Below are positions 62,750 through 64,000 of a DNA stretch of 64,000 bases, piece after piece; position 1 is the first letter of the stretch, and every line of letters starts with the position of its first letter. The notes under the pieces are model-generated. The model was not told the DNA's origin and made no database searches. It saw nothing but the letters and a program-made list of their open reading frames with translations. The translations under genes and the position numbers were made by a program. The DNA is from Syntrophaceae bacterium (GTDB taxonomy: Bacteria; Desulfobacterota; Syntrophia; Syntrophales; Smithellaceae): positions 81,011 through 145,010 of the forward strand of contig WRPE01000007.1 in NCBI GenBank assembly GCA_009773315.1. Direction: 5' to 3'.

Positions 62750-62777
62750 TTGACAACATAATTTTCATTCATATATT
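62750..62777 (+). promoter_or_regulatory. Near-consensus sigma70-type promoter for the hsp20 tandem
   Basis: TTGACA (62750-62755), 16-nt spacer, TATATT (62772-62777). The upstream cccctcTTGAC also resembles a sigma32 -35 context. Confidence 0.45.
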
Positions 62778-62850
62778 TTGCTTAAATTAGTAAATATACA
62801 ATAATAGCAAATGGTTATGTAAATATTATACTTAGAAAGGAGGAAAGTTT

Positions 62851-63288
62851 ATGTACAACCCAAGTTTATGGAGAGTTAGAAGATTTTCCGACGTTATGCC
62901 GGAAATGTTACACCTGCAGCGGGAAATGAACCGGCTTTTTTCCCATGTTGGACAAAAGGAACCCCAGGATTATCCGTCGGTCAACATCTGGGAGAAAGGA
63001 GACACCGCAGTGGTTACGGCAGAGCTGCCCGGGATCGATCCTGAGAAAATGGATATTTCCGTATCCGGTGACACTGTAACAATTGCGGGCACCGCTCTGC
63101 AGGAAACCTTTGCGGAAGGCGAAACCTATCTGCGACAGGAAAGAGGCATCGGGAGTTTCAAGCGTAACATTAAGCTGCCGTTTCAGGTGAACGCTCAGGC
63201 CGTCGACGCCCGGTACGAAAAAGGCATCTTAATGATTACATTGCCAAGAATTAAAAATGATTCACCCAAGAAGATTAAGATTCAATAA
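62851..63288 (+). CDS. Hsp20/alpha-crystallin small heat-shock protein
   Basis: 145 aa. VNIWEKGDTAVVTAELPGIDPEKMDISV, ..GSFKRNIKLPF, GILMITLPR. Strong RBS aaaggagga. Confidence 0.9.
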   Translation: MYNPSLWRVRRFSDVMPEMLHLQREMNRLFSHVGQKEPQDYPSVNIWEKGDTAVVTAELPGIDPEKMDISVSGDTVTIAGTALQETFAEGETYLRQERGIGSFKRNIKLPFQVNAQAVDARYEKGILMITLPRIKNDSPKKIKIQ

Positions 63289-63309
63289 AAGGAAAGGAGA
63301 TTTAATTCC

Positions 63310-63702
63310 ATGGTGGAAAAAGATATGCAAAAAACCGAAAACGTATCGGCTACAGAACGCATCCGCAACGTCAAAACGTTTGTGCCGCGCGTAGATATTT
63401 TTGAAAATAAAGACTCTCTGTTTTTAGTTGCCGATATGCCGGGTGTTGACGAAGAAACAGTTGATATTGAACTGGAAAAAAATGTTTTAACCATTACCGG
63501 ACGGGTAGAAAATGGACGGATCAAGGACGCGACCATGATGTATTCAGAATATGAAATCGGCGACTATGAAAGAGTGTTTACACTGTCGGATGAAATCGAC
63601 CGCGAAAAAATTGTTGCAACGGTTAAAAACGGCGTTTTGCGTCTGGAGTTGCCGAAAGCGGAGAAGGTTAAACCGAAAAAAATCGCCATTCAGGCGGCGT
63701 AA
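63310..63702 (+). CDS. Hsp20/alpha-crystallin small heat-shock protein
   Basis: 130 aa. PRVDIFENKDSLFLVADMPGVDEETVDIEL, YERVFTLSDEID, NGVLRLELPK. Confidence 0.9.
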   Translation: MVEKDMQKTENVSATERIRNVKTFVPRVDIFENKDSLFLVADMPGVDEETVDIELEKNVLTITGRVENGRIKDATMMYSEYEIGDYERVFTLSDEIDREKIVATVKNGVLRLELPKAEKVKPKKIAIQAA

Positions 63703-63774
63703 GAAAGGCTGAATGTTCAAGGCAAAAGATTAAAAAACAGGAAGGTACAAGCCCCGCCTTTGGCGGGACAATTC

Positions 63775-63816
63775 GACTTGCAAGTTTCAGCGCACTTCGT
63801 TTCTGAAACTTGAGTC
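63775..63816 (+). promoter_or_regulatory. Strong inverted repeat (hairpin or operator) immediately upstream of the third hsp20 RBS
   Basis: caagtttcag (63781-63790) pairs with ctgaaacttg (63803-63812). The stem is extended by gact/agtc across a 2-nt bulge. ACTTGCAAGT (63776-63785) is itself a 10-bp palindrome. The RBS ggagg is at 63822. Confidence 0.4.
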
Positions 63817-63834
63817 TCATTGGAGGTTATGATT

Positions 63835-64000
63835 ATGAAAATTAGAAATTTATTACCAGCATTACACAAGCCTGCGGGAAGAGATGACGATCATACCTTC
63901 TATTCTTTGCAGCATCAGATGAATAGTTTGTTTGATGATTTCTTCACCGGATTGGGCGTCGCTCCACGCTCACTTGCGCCCGGAGGATTCGGCGCTTTCA
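63835..64000 (+). CDS. Probable third small heat-shock protein (N-terminal fragment; runs off the window)
   Basis: ATG 63835 lies 8 nt after ggagg. The translation MKIRNLLPALHKPAGRDDDHTFYSLQHQMNSLFDDFFTGLGV.. looks like an sHSP N-terminal arm (..LFDDFF). The alpha-crystallin domain is not in the window. Confidence 0.55.
   Translation, partial: MKIRNLLPALHKPAGRDDDHTFYSLQHQMNSLFDDFFTGLGVAPRSLAPGGFGAF

Noticed and set aside
62591-62850. CIRCE (TTAGCACTC-N9-GAGTGCTAA) or HAIR (CTTGAGT-N7-ACTCAAG) operators, and a sigma32 promoter, in the heat-shock divergent region.
   Set aside because: No CIRCE- or HAIR-like inverted repeat is present. The CCCTTGAC...CCCCGT arrangement on the minus strand has only a 9-nt spacer, too short for sigma32, whereas the sigma70-type spacing fits.

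Overview
Chromosomal window from a Gram-negative bacterium, densely packed with about 55 genes and roughly 50% GC by eye. Gene content and order suggest a deltaproteobacterium (Desulfobacterota), but that is inference only. All calls come from reading the supplied ORF translations and the DNA; no database search was possible.

Most of the window is housekeeping:
- Mla/Mce-type lipid transporter genes
- suhB, a rodZ-like gene, tatA, ssb, lysS
- An envelope super-cluster: lolCE-lolD-bamA-skp-lpxD-lpxA-gnnA-gnnB-lpxB-msbA-lpxK-lpxL-waaF-gmhB-waaC-wzi
- nadD-proA, psd-pssA, lolA-like, ilvE, comM, moaC, pyrG, surE
- A heat-shock locus: gmhA-grpE-dnaK, divergent from three tandem hsp20 genes

I found no rRNA, tRNA, CRISPR array, transposase, integrase or phage gene.

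Non-routine parts:
1. 42054-50660: an amino-sugar cluster. It combines a 1244-aa GlmS-like protein carrying three extra segments, an archaeal-type NrpR (DUF128) regulator, a stand-alone GlmU-C-like beta-helix protein, GlmM, and a NagB-like deaminase.
2. 2816-6724: a RecQ-family gene broken by a 1-nt frameshift. It is separated by a single in-frame TAG from a further Cys-rich domain, and is tightly followed by two translationally coupled DUF488 genes.
3. 52354-55413: an acetyl-CoA hydrolase/transferase::GNAT fusion next to an oversized GpsA-like dehydrogenase.
4. gnnA/gnnB-like genes inserted between lpxA and lpxB, which predicts GlcN3N-type lipid A.
5. BamA with an extra N-terminal domain.
6. 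Several conspicuous intergenic inverted and direct repeats.

The functional ideas attached to these are hypotheses.
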